From the NCBI GenBank assembly GCA_963783645.1, contig CAWAOH010000010.1, forward strand, positions 102,013-166,012: 64,000 bases of DNA. Direction: 5' to 3'. Shown in pieces: positions 41,135-50,690 of the stretch. How positions within the stretch are numbered: position 1 is the stretch's first letter; each line of letters begins with the position of its first letter. Source of the stretch: Candidatus Bathyarchaeota archaeon. GTDB taxonomy: Archaea; Thermoproteota; Bathyarchaeia; 40CM-2-53-6. The notes beneath the pieces were generated by a model. That model saw nothing but the letters and a program-made list of their open reading frames with translations, did not search any database and was not told where the DNA came from. The position numbers and the translations under genes were made by a program.

Positions 41135-42583
41135 TTGTCTTCGGTTCTCAAAGGTGGAAGGTTAACAGCCACCGACAAGGAAGTTGTAAAATTCATATCC
41201 TCAACCGAAGCCGACCGCAGAATCGCCCAATCATCAATACAGGTCAACGAAGCCCACGTAATCGCGCTTGCTAAAGCGAAAGCGATCAAACAGAAAGACT
41301 CCAAAAGACTCCTTAGGGCTCTCCGAAAACTGGAAAGAAAAATGATTTTTCGACAAGGGTTGGAGGATGTCCACGTCCTAATCGAAGAATATGTAACCCG
41401 CGAATGCGGTCGTGAAACTGGCGGCCTGTTGCATCTAGGGAAGAGTAGAAACGATCAAGTTTCGACAGCCATTCGACTGAGTCTCAGAGAGGAAATGCTT
41501 AATCTCTCAAATCAACTTCTCGCGTTCGAACGTTCGATCCTCCAACTAGCGAAAAGGCATACAAAGTCGATTTTCCCCGGGTACACCCACCTTCAACCGG
41601 CGCAGCCAATCACTTTCGCGCACTACCTGATCGCATTTGGCGACTCAATCCTAAGAGATGAACAACGAGTGCGCGAAGCATTCAACAGGATTAACAATTC
41701 ACCAATGGGCGGAGGAGCACTTGCAGGCACCAGCTTCAACATCGACAGAACCATAGTGGCGCGGTTGCTCGGGTTCAACGGCCTCGTCGAGAATTCCCTC
41801 GACGCCGTTGGGAGCCGAGATTTTGTCCTTGATGCTCTAAGCGCTTGCAGCATTACAGCACTCGATTTCTCGAGATTCGCACAGGACATAATAATTTACA
41901 GTTCAGCCAACGTCAACTTACTAGAGATCCCTGATGAATTCAGCTCAACCAGCAGCATAATGCCACAAAAGAAGAACCCAGATCCACTCGAATTACTTCG
42001 AGCCAAATGCGGCGGGATCATCGGAAACTACAACTCCTCAGGCATTATGCTCCATGCCCTGCCCTCTGGGTACAACCTTGATTTTCAGGAAATTACTCCC
42101 CTGCTCTGGCAATCATTAGACACTCTCAAGTCATGTTTGAGGATACTCGAAGGACTCGTGCCAAAACTGAAACTCAGAACCTATCCCGAAAGTCAACTGG
42201 ATCTTACAGTGGCCACGGAAATAGCAAACATACTCGTTAGGAAAATGAACTTTCCCTTTCGGATTGCACACCGCTCGATAGGTCAGGCAGTTAGAGTGGC
42301 ATTAGCAAGGAAGGTCATGTTGCGAGATTTGAAGCAAACCGATTGGGAGCGAGTCGTCGGTAGGCAACTTTCAAGCGAAACACTTAGAGCCATTCATGAA
42401 GCGCTTGACTTGAAAAAACACCTCTACACTTACCGCACTATAGGCAGTCCAAACCCAAACAGAACTGAACAGATGATTAAGCATAGGACTAGAAAGGTCG
42501 AGTCGGTTTCCAAACGGAACCGGCTAACTCAAGTTGAACTTTCACGGAGTTTGAGAACGCTGAGAACGATTGCTGACGCTTGA
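41135..42583 (+). CDS. argH: Argininosuccinate lyase
   Basis: 482-aa ORF with the fumarase/ASL signature SSIMPQKKNPD. Confidence 0.9.
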   Translation: MSSVLKGGRLTATDKEVVKFISSTEADRRIAQSSIQVNEAHVIALAKAKAIKQKDSKRLLRALRKLERKMIFRQGLEDVHVLIEEYVTRECGRETGGLLHLGKSRNDQVSTAIRLSLREEMLNLSNQLLAFERSILQLAKRHTKSIFPGYTHLQPAQPITFAHYLIAFGDSILRDEQRVREAFNRINNSPMGGGALAGTSFNIDRTIVARLLGFNGLVENSLDAVGSRDFVLDALSACSITALDFSRFAQDIIIYSSANVNLLEIPDEFSSTSSIMPQKKNPDPLELLRAKCGGIIGNYNSSGIMLHALPSGYNLDFQEITPLLWQSLDTLKSCLRILEGLVPKLKLRTYPESQLDLTVATEIANILVRKMNFPFRIAHRSIGQAVRVALARKVMLRDLKQTDWERVVGRQLSSETLRAIHEALDLKKHLYTYRTIGSPNPNRTEQMIKHRTRKVESVSKRNRLTQVELSRSLRTLRTIADA

Positions 42584-42651
42584 CCGAAGCCAACATATTC
42601 CGCCTCTGCATTCACAGTCCGAAGAAACCGACGGTGGCGGCATGATGCGCT

Positions 42652-43407
42652 ATGCATAAGCTAGTATTAGTCAGGCATGGAGAGAGCACTTGGAACAAAG
42701 AAAACAGATTCACCGGTTGGACTGACGTGGACCTCTCCGAAAAGGGAGTGAAAGAAGCTCATGAAGCAGGACAAACGTTACAGAAGGAGGGTTACGTGTT
42801 TGATGTTGCCTACACATCGGTGCTCAAGCGTGCAATACGCACGCTCTGGATCATGCTAGATGAGTTAGATCAGATGTGGATGCCTGTCCACAATTCTTGG
42901 CGCCTGAACGAACGTCACTATGGCGCATTGCAGGGCCTCAACAAGGCTGAGATGGCCGCCAAGTACGGCGAACAGCAGGTCCTCGTCTGGAGAAGAGGCT
43001 ACGATGTGCGACCTCCAGCGTTGGAGGTGAGTGATAACCGTTACCCGGGAACCGATCCGCGCTACGGGGACATGAGCAAGGACGACGTCCCTGTCTGCGA
43101 ATCACTCAAAGACACCGTAAACCGATTTCTTCCGTACTGGCATGAAACCATCGCTCCAACGATAAAATCGGGAATGCGAGTGCTAATCGCAGCGCACGGT
43201 AACAGTTTAAGGGCACTCGTCAAATACCTCGACAACGTTTCCGAGACAGATATAGTGAAACTCAACATTCCAACCGGTATCCCACTTGTCTATGAACTCA
43301 GCGACGACCTCAAATCCATCAAACACTACTACCTCGGTGACGAGGAGAAAATCAGAAAGAGCATCGAATCCGTTGCTGCGCAGGGAAAGGCAAAGACAAC
43401 CAACTAG
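42652..43407 (+). CDS. gpmA: 2,3-bisphosphoglycerate-dependent phosphoglycerate mutase
   Basis: 251-aa ORF with [18 protein letters not shown] and [10 protein letters not shown] motifs. Confidence 0.9.
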   Translation: MHKLVLVRHGESTWNKENRFTGWTDVDLSEKGVKEAHEAGQTLQKEGYVFDVAYTSVLKRAIRTLWIMLDELDQMWMPVHNSWRLNERHYGALQGLNKAEMAAKYGEQQVLVWRRGYDVRPPALEVSDNRYPGTDPRYGDMSKDDVPVCESLKDTVNRFLPYWHETIAPTIKSGMRVLIAAHGNSLRALVKYLDNVSETDIVKLNIPTGIPLVYELSDDLKSIKHYYLGDEEKIRKSIESVAAQGKAKTTN

Positions 43408-43464
43408 CCCTATACGCTGGAATACCCAAGTTAGGGGTTCGATTAGCCTTACTCTTTCTCTCTG

Positions 43465-43854
43465 ATGAGGATGTGCGCCACGACTTCACGGTCGCCCGTC
43501 TTTGATGGGCGGTCTGTAGATCCGGGGACTCACATAAATGGAGTCGGCTCTCACACACCTGACTTACGGGAACTGGATTCGGTTACGATTCAGAGAAGTA
43601 AGGTTGTGGTTGACTCTCGGAATGCTGCTTTGGCGGAGGCTGGTGATTTGGTTATTCCGATGCGTGAGGGCATTGTGGCCTCGAACCATATTTGGGCAGA
43701 GCTTGGAGAGGTATTGATCGGAAAACGTCCTGGGCGAATGAATGATCAAGAGGTTACTGTCTTCAAATCTGTTGGGATCGCAATCCAAGACGCTACCGTT
43801 GGTTGCTTAGCTTTCAATCGAGCGAGAGAGAAGGGGCTTGGAGTTCAGGTCTAA
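43465..43854 (+). pseudogene. 5'-truncated ornithine cyclodeaminase / mu-crystallin family gene (C-terminal ~125 aa only)
   Basis: Reads ...PVFDGRSVDPGTHINGVGSHTPDLRELD...VFKSVGIAIQDATV. This matches only the last third of ~320-aa OCD proteins, and there is no room for the N-terminus after gpmA. Confidence 0.65.
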
Positions 43855-43868
43855 CCATTCGAAAACCA

Positions 43869-44963
43869 TTATCCACTATGTCCTTCATCCTTCTCAGCAG
43901 GCTTCGCAAGCATACGCCGAAGCTTTGATGTAGGCATCGTTGGAGTAGGTTTCTCTTTGAGAATTCCTTCAGGCCTAAGCATTAGAACTGCTATCAAGAT
44001 TGCCCCAACGAGTAAGTACTCGAGCCAGGTTACGTCAAATGGGATGATGCTTGAGAACGAGAATTTGGCGGAGTCAATCGTCTTTATCATAAACCAGAAG
44101 ACGAATACCCCAAGCCCAACGCCAAGGTTGTTCGTGGCGCCTCCCATTATGACTATAACCCAAGGCCAAAAGGTCCAGACTACTCTCCCAAAGGTTGCGG
44201 GGAGTACATCAACCGTGTAGAATGAGTAAAGGAGACCCGCAATTCCGCTAATAGCAGAGGCCGTCATCAAAGTTCTCCTCCTAATTCCTACATCATCCTT
44301 CCCCAATGCCTCAGAGGAAGCCTCATTGTCCCTGATTGCTCTGAGAGTTCTTGCAATCGGAGCTCGAGCCAGCTTCTCACAATACAAGTAAACAAGTGCA
44401 GCGAACAATATCAGAATGCCAGTAGCCACAACAAATCTCGAATCTCCCGCCCACGCATAAGGATCAGGAAGTTCAAGTCCGAGGCTGCCCCCAATAAGTG
44501 GATAATAATTAGTGAGGAAGATTTGGAAGAACTGTGCCATAGCTAGCAGAGTCATCGCAAGATAGTCCTCCTTCAGCCGGATAGCTGGGTATGAAAAGAG
44601 AAACCCGAAAAGTGCGCCGGTCGCGCCAGCCACCAGAACGGAAATTAGCAGAAGCCCCATTGATAACGGGATGCTATGTGCTAATATAGCATCGATTTGC
44701 GGGACTGCTGTTACACTATGCTTTATGAAGTCACCCTGAGTTTCAATACCGAAGATCCACGCGGCAAATCTACCTGCGAAAGATCCTCCTACCGAGGCTC
44801 CTCCAGCGACAAAAAGTACTTTTCCGAAATTCGGTATGCCTGCGAAACCGAATTCCAGGTTCAAGCTTAAGCTGATTGCAAGGTAAAGAGCAAAGAACGC
44901 CGCCAAGTCCAGGGAGAAGAGTATGATGTTAATGCCAAAAAGATTGAATGCTGGAAGAGACAT
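43869..44963 (-). CDS. livM: Branched-chain amino acid ABC transporter permease
   Basis: 364-aa polytopic membrane ORF of the LivM type within a liv-like cluster. Confidence 0.8.
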   Translation of the reverse strand: MSLPAFNLFGINIILFSLDLAAFFALYLAISLSLNLEFGFAGIPNFGKVLFVAGGASVGGSFAGRFAAWIFGIETQGDFIKHSVTAVPQIDAILAHSIPLSMGLLLISVLVAGATGALFGFLFSYPAIRLKEDYLAMTLLAMAQFFQIFLTNYYPLIGGSLGLELPDPYAWAGDSRFVVATGILILFAALVYLYCEKLARAPIARTLRAIRDNEASSEALGKDDVGIRRRTLMTASAISGIAGLLYSFYTVDVLPATFGRVVWTFWPWVIVIMGGATNNLGVGLGVFVFWFMIKTIDSAKFSFSSIIPFDVTWLEYLLVGAILIAVLMLRPEGILKEKPTPTMPTSKLRRMLAKPAEKDEGHSG

Positions 44964-44964
44964 G

Positions 44965-45908
44965 TCATTTTCGCTTCCTTAGCGAAGCAAGCACGTGACT
45001 CCATCTCACTGATGTAACTCCTTGAGGCACGATAATTAGCGACGCCGCCATTATCAACATGGGCATCGCTGGTTGCCATTCACTTACCCATGATCCGAGT
45101 AATCTCGTTGCATATACGGTCAAGAGTATCTCGCCACCACCCACTAGCAAACCTCCTATTACTGCGCCGTAAACGCTGAAAAGACCACCCAGAATACTTG
45201 CCGCAAGATACTTACGATGAAATCGGAACCAATGTGTGCGCTCCCAGGCAGCCAGAGTACAACCAACGAGCCGGCGAGACCTGCCAACCCACCAGCCAGA
45301 AACCATGAGACGAGATACACTCGCTCAATATCTATTCCAAGTATCCCAGCGAGACTTGGATTCTCAACAGCAGCACGCATGGCGATGCCGAATTTGGTAT
45401 GAGTCAACGCCAACCACAAGAGCAACGTTATCACTCCCAATAAAATTGGAGTAATGAAAGTCAATCCTCTCAGATCGAAAATTGTGATATCTGTATTGCC
45501 AAGGAGAAAGAACTTGCTGTCATAGACCCGGTAAACATTTCCCAGCACGTCAGAGTATATGCCGAAGATTCCGACGAATGCAATATCTATGGCCAGAGTT
45601 GCAACCATCAAAGAGACGAGAGAGGAGCCTCTTGCAGATAACGGCCTCAGAACGAAGCGGTACATCGCAATCGCGGTCGCTCCCACGAGAAGAAACGAAA
45701 AGGGGACTGAGACATAAGGAGATAACCCGTTGAAATGATACAGGGTGAAGGCCAAGTATGCCCCTATTGTCACGAAAGACCCATGCGCAAAATTCGGGAC
45801 CTTCGTAGTCATGTAAGTAAGCGTTAGCCCCATGCTCATCAAAGCGAACAGGGACCCATACACCAACGCGTCTGCCATGAATGGCTCGAAAACGGGCATT
45901 AATCTCAC
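44965..45908 (-). pseudogene. livH: Branched-chain amino acid ABC transporter permease with one frame break near 45205
   Basis: 249-aa track ORF plus the LivH C-terminus AASILGGLFSVYGAVIGGLLVGGGEILL..., readable in ORF 44965-45306. Confidence 0.75.
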
Positions 45909-45935
45909 GCAACCTAACTAGCAGCGAGCTAGTAG

Positions 45936-47297
45936 GTGACTTTTTGGGAATGCTTAAATAGATTTTCGGCCCGCATTCTCTCTATGTCAGAGACAAAGAA
46001 AAAACCAATGGGAATGGCAATCGGTACGTTCGTAATTGGTCTACTAATTGGTCTCGTCGTAATGTACGGCGCAGCACCATCGCTCGGACTGGCTCCATCC
46101 AGTTCGACAATGGTCACAACCACAGTACAACAAGGCATGTCAGGTACGATCACTATAGGCGGCCTGCTCGGTCTAACTGGCTCTCTCTCATCCTACGGTC
46201 AACGAGAGAAGGTAGCTATGGATATGGCAATTTCAGACATCAACGGATATCTTTCCGCAAGCGGGTCTAGCGTACAATTCCAATCCCGCGTCGAGGATAC
46301 TGGAAACGATCCAGCTACTGCACTCCAGAAATTGCAAACGCTCGCGGCTCAAGGAATCCAGGTCTACGTCGGCCCTCTGTCGAGTGGTGAGGCGAGCAAT
46401 ATTCTAGCGTACGCTAACACAAACCACTTGGTGCTAATTAGCCAATCATCAACAGCCGAAAAACTCGCAATCCCCAACGACTTTCTGTTCAGGCTGATTC
46501 CGACCGACTTTGCACAGAGCAAAGCAGTTGCACGAGTCGTCTATCAGTACGGCATTCAGGACGTCGTTGTTGTTGCACGCCATGACGCTTGGGGTGATGG
46601 TCTGAGCGCTGCTTTCGAAGCTCGATACCAACAGCTCGGTGGAACAGTAATCGATACCGTCTCGTACACACCAACAACTGGAACCCAAGACTTCTCTCCA
46701 CAATTGACCCAGATGAAAAGTGACTATGACGCAGCTGTCACCAAATACGGTGCCAGCAAAGTAGGCGTTGTTGCCGTTGAGTTCAATGAATTTTCAGTCA
46801 TGTTGCAACAAGCAAGCGGTAGCTACAAGAGTCTGCTGGGAACAGTTTGGTTCGGTACTGATGGAATAGCGGGAGATACAACAGTAAGCGGTGCGGCCTC
46901 CGGCCCTGTTGCGGCGCAAGTAAAGTGTTTGAGCACTATTTATGCGCCTACAAGAGGTGAAAAGTACGCGGCTTTCACCAGCGCATTCATCGCCAAGTTT
47001 GGTGGTCAACCGGATCCATACTCCTATACAGCATACGACGCAACATGGGTTGCGGCCCTTTCAATCATATCCGTAGGTAAGAATGATGGCGCCGCGGTCC
47101 AGAAGGTGCTGATTAATGTTGCGAACAACTATTACGGCGTAGCGGGCTGGCCAGACCTCAACTCGAACGGAGACAGAACCATTAGCGACTACGATATTTT
47201 CGAAGTAACCACAGTCAACGCCACGGCAGCACAATGGAATACCATTGGTAGCTGGAGCGCAAGCTCCGACGGTGTGAGCTATAGTCAGACTCCGTAA
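45936..47297 (+). CDS. Periplasmic-binding-protein type I substrate-binding protein (Leu/Ile/Val-type), membrane-anchored
   Basis: 453-aa ORF with an N-terminal TM/signal anchor and a LivK-like fold. The likely start is MSETKKK near 45984. Confidence 0.8.
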   Translation: MTFWECLNRFSARILSMSETKKKPMGMAIGTFVIGLLIGLVVMYGAAPSLGLAPSSSTMVTTTVQQGMSGTITIGGLLGLTGSLSSYGQREKVAMDMAISDINGYLSASGSSVQFQSRVEDTGNDPATALQKLQTLAAQGIQVYVGPLSSGEASNILAYANTNHLVLISQSSTAEKLAIPNDFLFRLIPTDFAQSKAVARVVYQYGIQDVVVVARHDAWGDGLSAAFEARYQQLGGTVIDTVSYTPTTGTQDFSPQLTQMKSDYDAAVTKYGASKVGVVAVEFNEFSVMLQQASGSYKSLLGTVWFGTDGIAGDTTVSGAASGPVAAQVKCLSTIYAPTRGEKYAAFTSAFIAKFGGQPDPYSYTAYDATWVAALSIISVGKNDGAAVQKVLINVANNYYGVAGWPDLNSNGDRTISDYDIFEVTTVNATAAQWNTIGSWSASSDGVSYSQTP

Positions 47298-47335
47298 GAA
47301 AGCTGGACTTTCATCCAGCGCACCTCCTTTTTGTG

Positions 47336-48101
47336 ATGTTACCTGACCACAATCCTCGAAGTTAACGAGCTGAGAAAATCATTCGGCAGACTAATTGCAT
47401 TAGACGGCGTATCCCTCGGTGTCGAGGACAGAACAGTAAGCATACTAATAGGTCCGAATGGGTCCGGGAAGACAACGCTCATCAATGTAGTAACCGGATT
47501 TTATGACCCAGACGGCGGCACCGTAAAATTCAATTCAACAGACATAACTGGATGGTCACCTCATAAACTATACAACAGTGGGATAGCGCGGACATTTCAG
47601 ATTCCCGCGCTCTTTTGGAAACTGACCGTTTTGGAAAATTTGCTAGTGGCAGAGAAGAATAATCCAGGAGAATCCTTCGGCAAAGCTATGTTTCGAAGGT
47701 TGTGGGAAAGGAACGAGGAGAACGCGATCAACAAAGCCACGCGCATCCTAGAGATTCTGGGCCTGACAGAGCATTGGAACAAACCCGCCTACCTTCTCAG
47801 TGGTGGACAGATGAAGCTCCTGGAAATGGGGCGGGCTCTTATGAGCGATGCAAAACTGCTTCTCCTCGACGAACCAGTATCAGGAGTAAACCCGACCCTG
47901 GCTCATCACATCTTCTCCAAGATAATCAAGCTAAGAGATGAGGAGGGTGTATCATTCCTCATCGTCGAACACAGGTTGGATATTGCCATGAAGTACGTCG
48001 ACCACATGAACGCCATGGCACTAGGAAGAATAATAGCCTCAGGTCGACCAGACGAAGTAGTAGCCGATCCGAAAGTCATAGAAGCCTACCTGGGAAAGTA
48101 G
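47336..48101 (+). pseudogene. livG: ABC transporter ATPase LivG type. The body is intact but the start codon is out of frame.
   Basis: The frame is continuous from 47343 (LTTILEVNELRKSFG...GPNGSGKTT...LSGGQMKLLE...LLLLDEP). The only start (ATG 47336) is in the preceding frame, implying an extra base near 47340-47345. Confidence 0.8.
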
Positions 48102-48102
48102 C

Positions 48103-48819
48103 ATGCTTCAAGTTCAAAATCTAGTTGCCGGATACGGAAAACTCCAAATCCTCGATGGCGTATCGATCGAAGCGCGACCGAGGGAGGTTACTGTAATTGT
48201 TGGACCTAACGGGTCAGGAAAAAGTACTCTACTGAAGAGCATATCCGGCTTAACAACGATCTTCAGCGGAACCATTCAGGTTGATGACCAGAATCTTTCC
48301 CGCCTTCACCCACATATTATTGCAAGGATGGGAATTGCATACCTTCCGCAAACAGAGAACGTTTTCACTAACCTATCCGTGAAGGAGAACATCACTTTGT
48401 CAGCTTACACGCTGCATAAGGAGGAGGCGGAAGAACGAATTAAGGACGTCATGGAGATTTTTCCCCAATTGAAGAACTACCTGTCCACAAAGGCAACGAA
48501 TCTAAGCGGCGGGGAACGTCAGATGCTTGCGATGGCTATGGCATTGCTTCGCAAGCCCACGGTCATGATGTTTGATGAACCCACCGCTAACTTGGCGCCG
48601 AAAATTGCAACCCAAGTGCTGACCACTATCTCCTCACTCGCAGATACCATGAACCTTACTCTACTACTCGTCGAACAAAACGCTAAACGCGCATTAGAGA
48701 TCGGTGACCGGGCATATCTCCTTGTCAGCGGCAAAAATAACTACGAAGGAACAGCGAAGGGTTTGCTCGAACACGAGGAAATTGGCCGACTTTATCTCGG
48801 CTTAAGACCAGCAGAATAA
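48103..48819 (+). CDS. livF: ABC transporter ATPase LivF type
   Basis: 238-aa ORF with GPNGSGKST, LSGGERQMLAMA and MFDEPT motifs. Confidence 0.9.
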   Translation: MLQVQNLVAGYGKLQILDGVSIEARPREVTVIVGPNGSGKSTLLKSISGLTTIFSGTIQVDDQNLSRLHPHIIARMGIAYLPQTENVFTNLSVKENITLSAYTLHKEEAEERIKDVMEIFPQLKNYLSTKATNLSGGERQMLAMAMALLRKPTVMMFDEPTANLAPKIATQVLTTISSLADTMNLTLLLVEQNAKRALEIGDRAYLLVSGKNNYEGTAKGLLEHEEIGRLYLGLRPAE

Positions 48820-48840
48820 CGCGAATTTCTAAGCGACCAC

Positions 48841-49053
48841 TTGCCACTGCCGAATGGACGAGTAAAAGGCTCGACAACTTGTATCTACGCAAACACTCCA
48901 GATGAAGATTTCATTCTTGGCTTCCATCCAACTTCGCGCAACGTACTGATCGTAGGCGAGCAAAGCAAATTCGAACGCATGCTAATCTGCGTGGAATACC
49001 CGTCCTACGCCGGCACAAACTTCTACCTCAAGATCGCCCATAAGGAGACATAA
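48841..49053 (+). pseudogene. C-terminal relic of a sarcosine-oxidase/MTOX-like FAD oxidase
   Basis: TTCIYANTPDEDFILGFHP..NVLIVG matches the conserved C.Y..TPD..F.....P block. The following SGHGFK block is degenerate. Confidence 0.5.
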
Positions 49054-49082
49054 CACAGGTGACCCAAACGATCACTCAAAGT

Positions 49083-49383
49083 ATGGTCTCGAGAGAAACG
49101 TCTCTCCAACCCGGATCGGAATCTTCTCAAATTTATTGATAGCCGAAAAATGTCCATAACCGAGTGCCTCGCAAACTCGGAGATGAACCAAGACATCGCA
49201 CTTTCTTCAATTCAACGATTGATCCGAGCAGGCCACCTCCATCTGATAGTCTCAGTTTACCCTTGGGGAGTCGAATATCGAAGTTCAACAAACTGGGAAC
49301 GAAATGTTGCAATAGCGCAACTTGCTAAAACCTCACCTGCCAAACAAACGAGCGGGCGTGTGGTCGTGGTAATCGTCTCTTAG
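49083..49383 (+). pseudogene. Small winged-helix DNA-binding protein with a frame break near 49100
   Basis: ATG at 49083 gives MVSRE, then +1 gives KRLSNPDRNLLKFIDSRKMSITECLANSEMNQDIALSSIQRLIRAGHL..., an ArsR/TrmB-like HTH pattern. Confidence 0.35.
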
Positions 49384-49402
49384 GCGGGACTGTTCTGTTA
49401 AC
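49383..49402. repeat. Left boundary of the MITE-like element: 8-bp direct repeat GGCGGGAC plus 12-bp terminal inverted repeat TGTTCTGTTAAC
   Basis: Read directly from the sequence. The partner is at 49809-49828. Confidence 0.7.
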
Positions 49403-49820
49403 TTATCTTCGGATGGAGCGGTCGAGGCAGCAATTGGCCGTCAGACGGACAGCGTTTTCTTGATCCATAATCTTTCGTGGGTCTCGAGGGTTGGTTGGAA
49501 TTCACATTACCTACCCCGCATGGTGCAGGGGAAGGCATACCCGTAATCCACGTGAGCGCAAGAGGGACATCAGCGAAGTGTTCGAGATGTGGGAACAGAA
49601 TGATTCCCGAAGAGAACCGACAGCTACACTGCCCCTCCTGCAAACGGAGCGTTGACCATGACGTCAACCACGGCGAGGAACATTCTTGCGTTAGGCCTGA
49701 GGTTCAGGCCTGAAGGGTCCGCAAATGAAGCGATGGTACTGGAATCAGCACCAGCATGTGCTGTAATCCGGAAAGTCGATGCGGATCAGTTAACCCAACA
49801 GACGACAAGTTAACAGAACC
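49391..49820 (+). mobile_element. 430-bp non-autonomous (MITE-like) element carrying a TnpB C-terminal relic
   Basis: 12-bp imperfect TIRs (11/12 match) are flanked by identical 8-bp direct repeats GGCGGGAC (49383-49390 and 49821-49828). The interior encodes only the RuvC-III/Zn-finger end of TnpB. Confidence 0.6.
49477..49813 (+). pseudogene. tnpB: TnpB (IS200/IS605 OrfB, RNA-guided nuclease family) C-terminal fragment, frameshifted
   Basis: IPVIHVSARGTSAKCSRCGNRMIPEENRQLHCPSCKRSVDHDVN, then +1 gives AARNILALGLRFRPEGSANEAMV...VIRKVDADQL. The stop is at 49811-49813 inside the right TIR. Confidence 0.7.
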
Positions 49821-49828
49821 GGCGGGAC
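49809..49828. repeat. Right boundary of the MITE-like element: inverted repeat GTTAACAGAACC plus direct repeat GGCGGGAC
   Basis: Read directly from the sequence. It is the reverse complement of the left TIR except for the outermost base. Confidence 0.7.
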
Positions 49829-49894
49829 AAAGCAATATGTAAATCACGCCGACAAGGGTGACCTTAAGATCGCATATTCCAGTTGAATGGTTGA

Positions 49895-50557
49895 ATGAGA
49901 GTTCCCGTAGTCTGCATAACAATATTCATGATCGGCTTCCTGCCCTTAGCTAACGCACAGAGCATTAGCCAACCGATGCTCGGCACGAACTGGAGCACGC
50001 ATGTAATCCAGTTCAGTACGCCTGATTCGCCAGCATGGGCGCGAGATACGATACTTCGAGCATTAGACGATTGGAACATGGCACAGATATGGTTCACTGC
50101 AAATTATTTTCCAAATCAGAACAATGCGGTGTATACGTTGACTACGACTGAGGACGATAATGCGTCACAAGTCGCAGTCAAGTACGTTACGGACACGGGG
50201 CAGTCGTGGACAGGAATCACGCAAACCTCTATTTCTGGAACCATACACAACGCAACAGTGTCCATAGTCCTCAGCCGACTCCACACACCAGAAGATCTAC
50301 TCCAAGCAGTCGAGCATGAATTGGGACACATGTTAGGGCTAGATCACACGAACATATCTTACGATCTCATGTATCCTGCTCGAGCCGCGTATTCAGGCGG
50401 CATAACCTCTCACCCGTCAACACTCAACCTCTACGGCGTCTACCTACTCGCAACTGGCTGCAGGTTCGCGAGCGGCGACACCGTCACCTTACCCCCACAG
50501 ATTCCATTCATTGAATGGTACCCTGGCATACAACTTGTTCTGCGAACGCGACCGTAA
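49895..50557 (+). CDS. Secreted metzincin (matrixin/M10-like) zinc protease
   Basis: 220-aa ORF with signal peptide (...LPLANAQS), HELGHMLGLDH zinc motif and a downstream Met-turn LMYP. Confidence 0.7.
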   Translation: MRVPVVCITIFMIGFLPLANAQSISQPMLGTNWSTHVIQFSTPDSPAWARDTILRALDDWNMAQIWFTANYFPNQNNAVYTLTTTEDDNASQVAVKYVTDTGQSWTGITQTSISGTIHNATVSIVLSRLHTPEDLLQAVEHELGHMLGLDHTNISYDLMYPARAAYSGGITSHPSTLNLYGVYLLATGCRFASGDTVTLPPQIPFIEWYPGIQLVLRTRP

Positions 50558-50690
50558 CTTCCAGCAAGACGGAGACAAAGATATCTGGCGCTGCTCAATC
50601 GACGTGGTCGAACTGCTTGCCCCTTACAATCCGTCAAGACAATCGGATTCTCAGTTGAAATGTATCTTGTGGCAATGGGAATTGTTGGAA

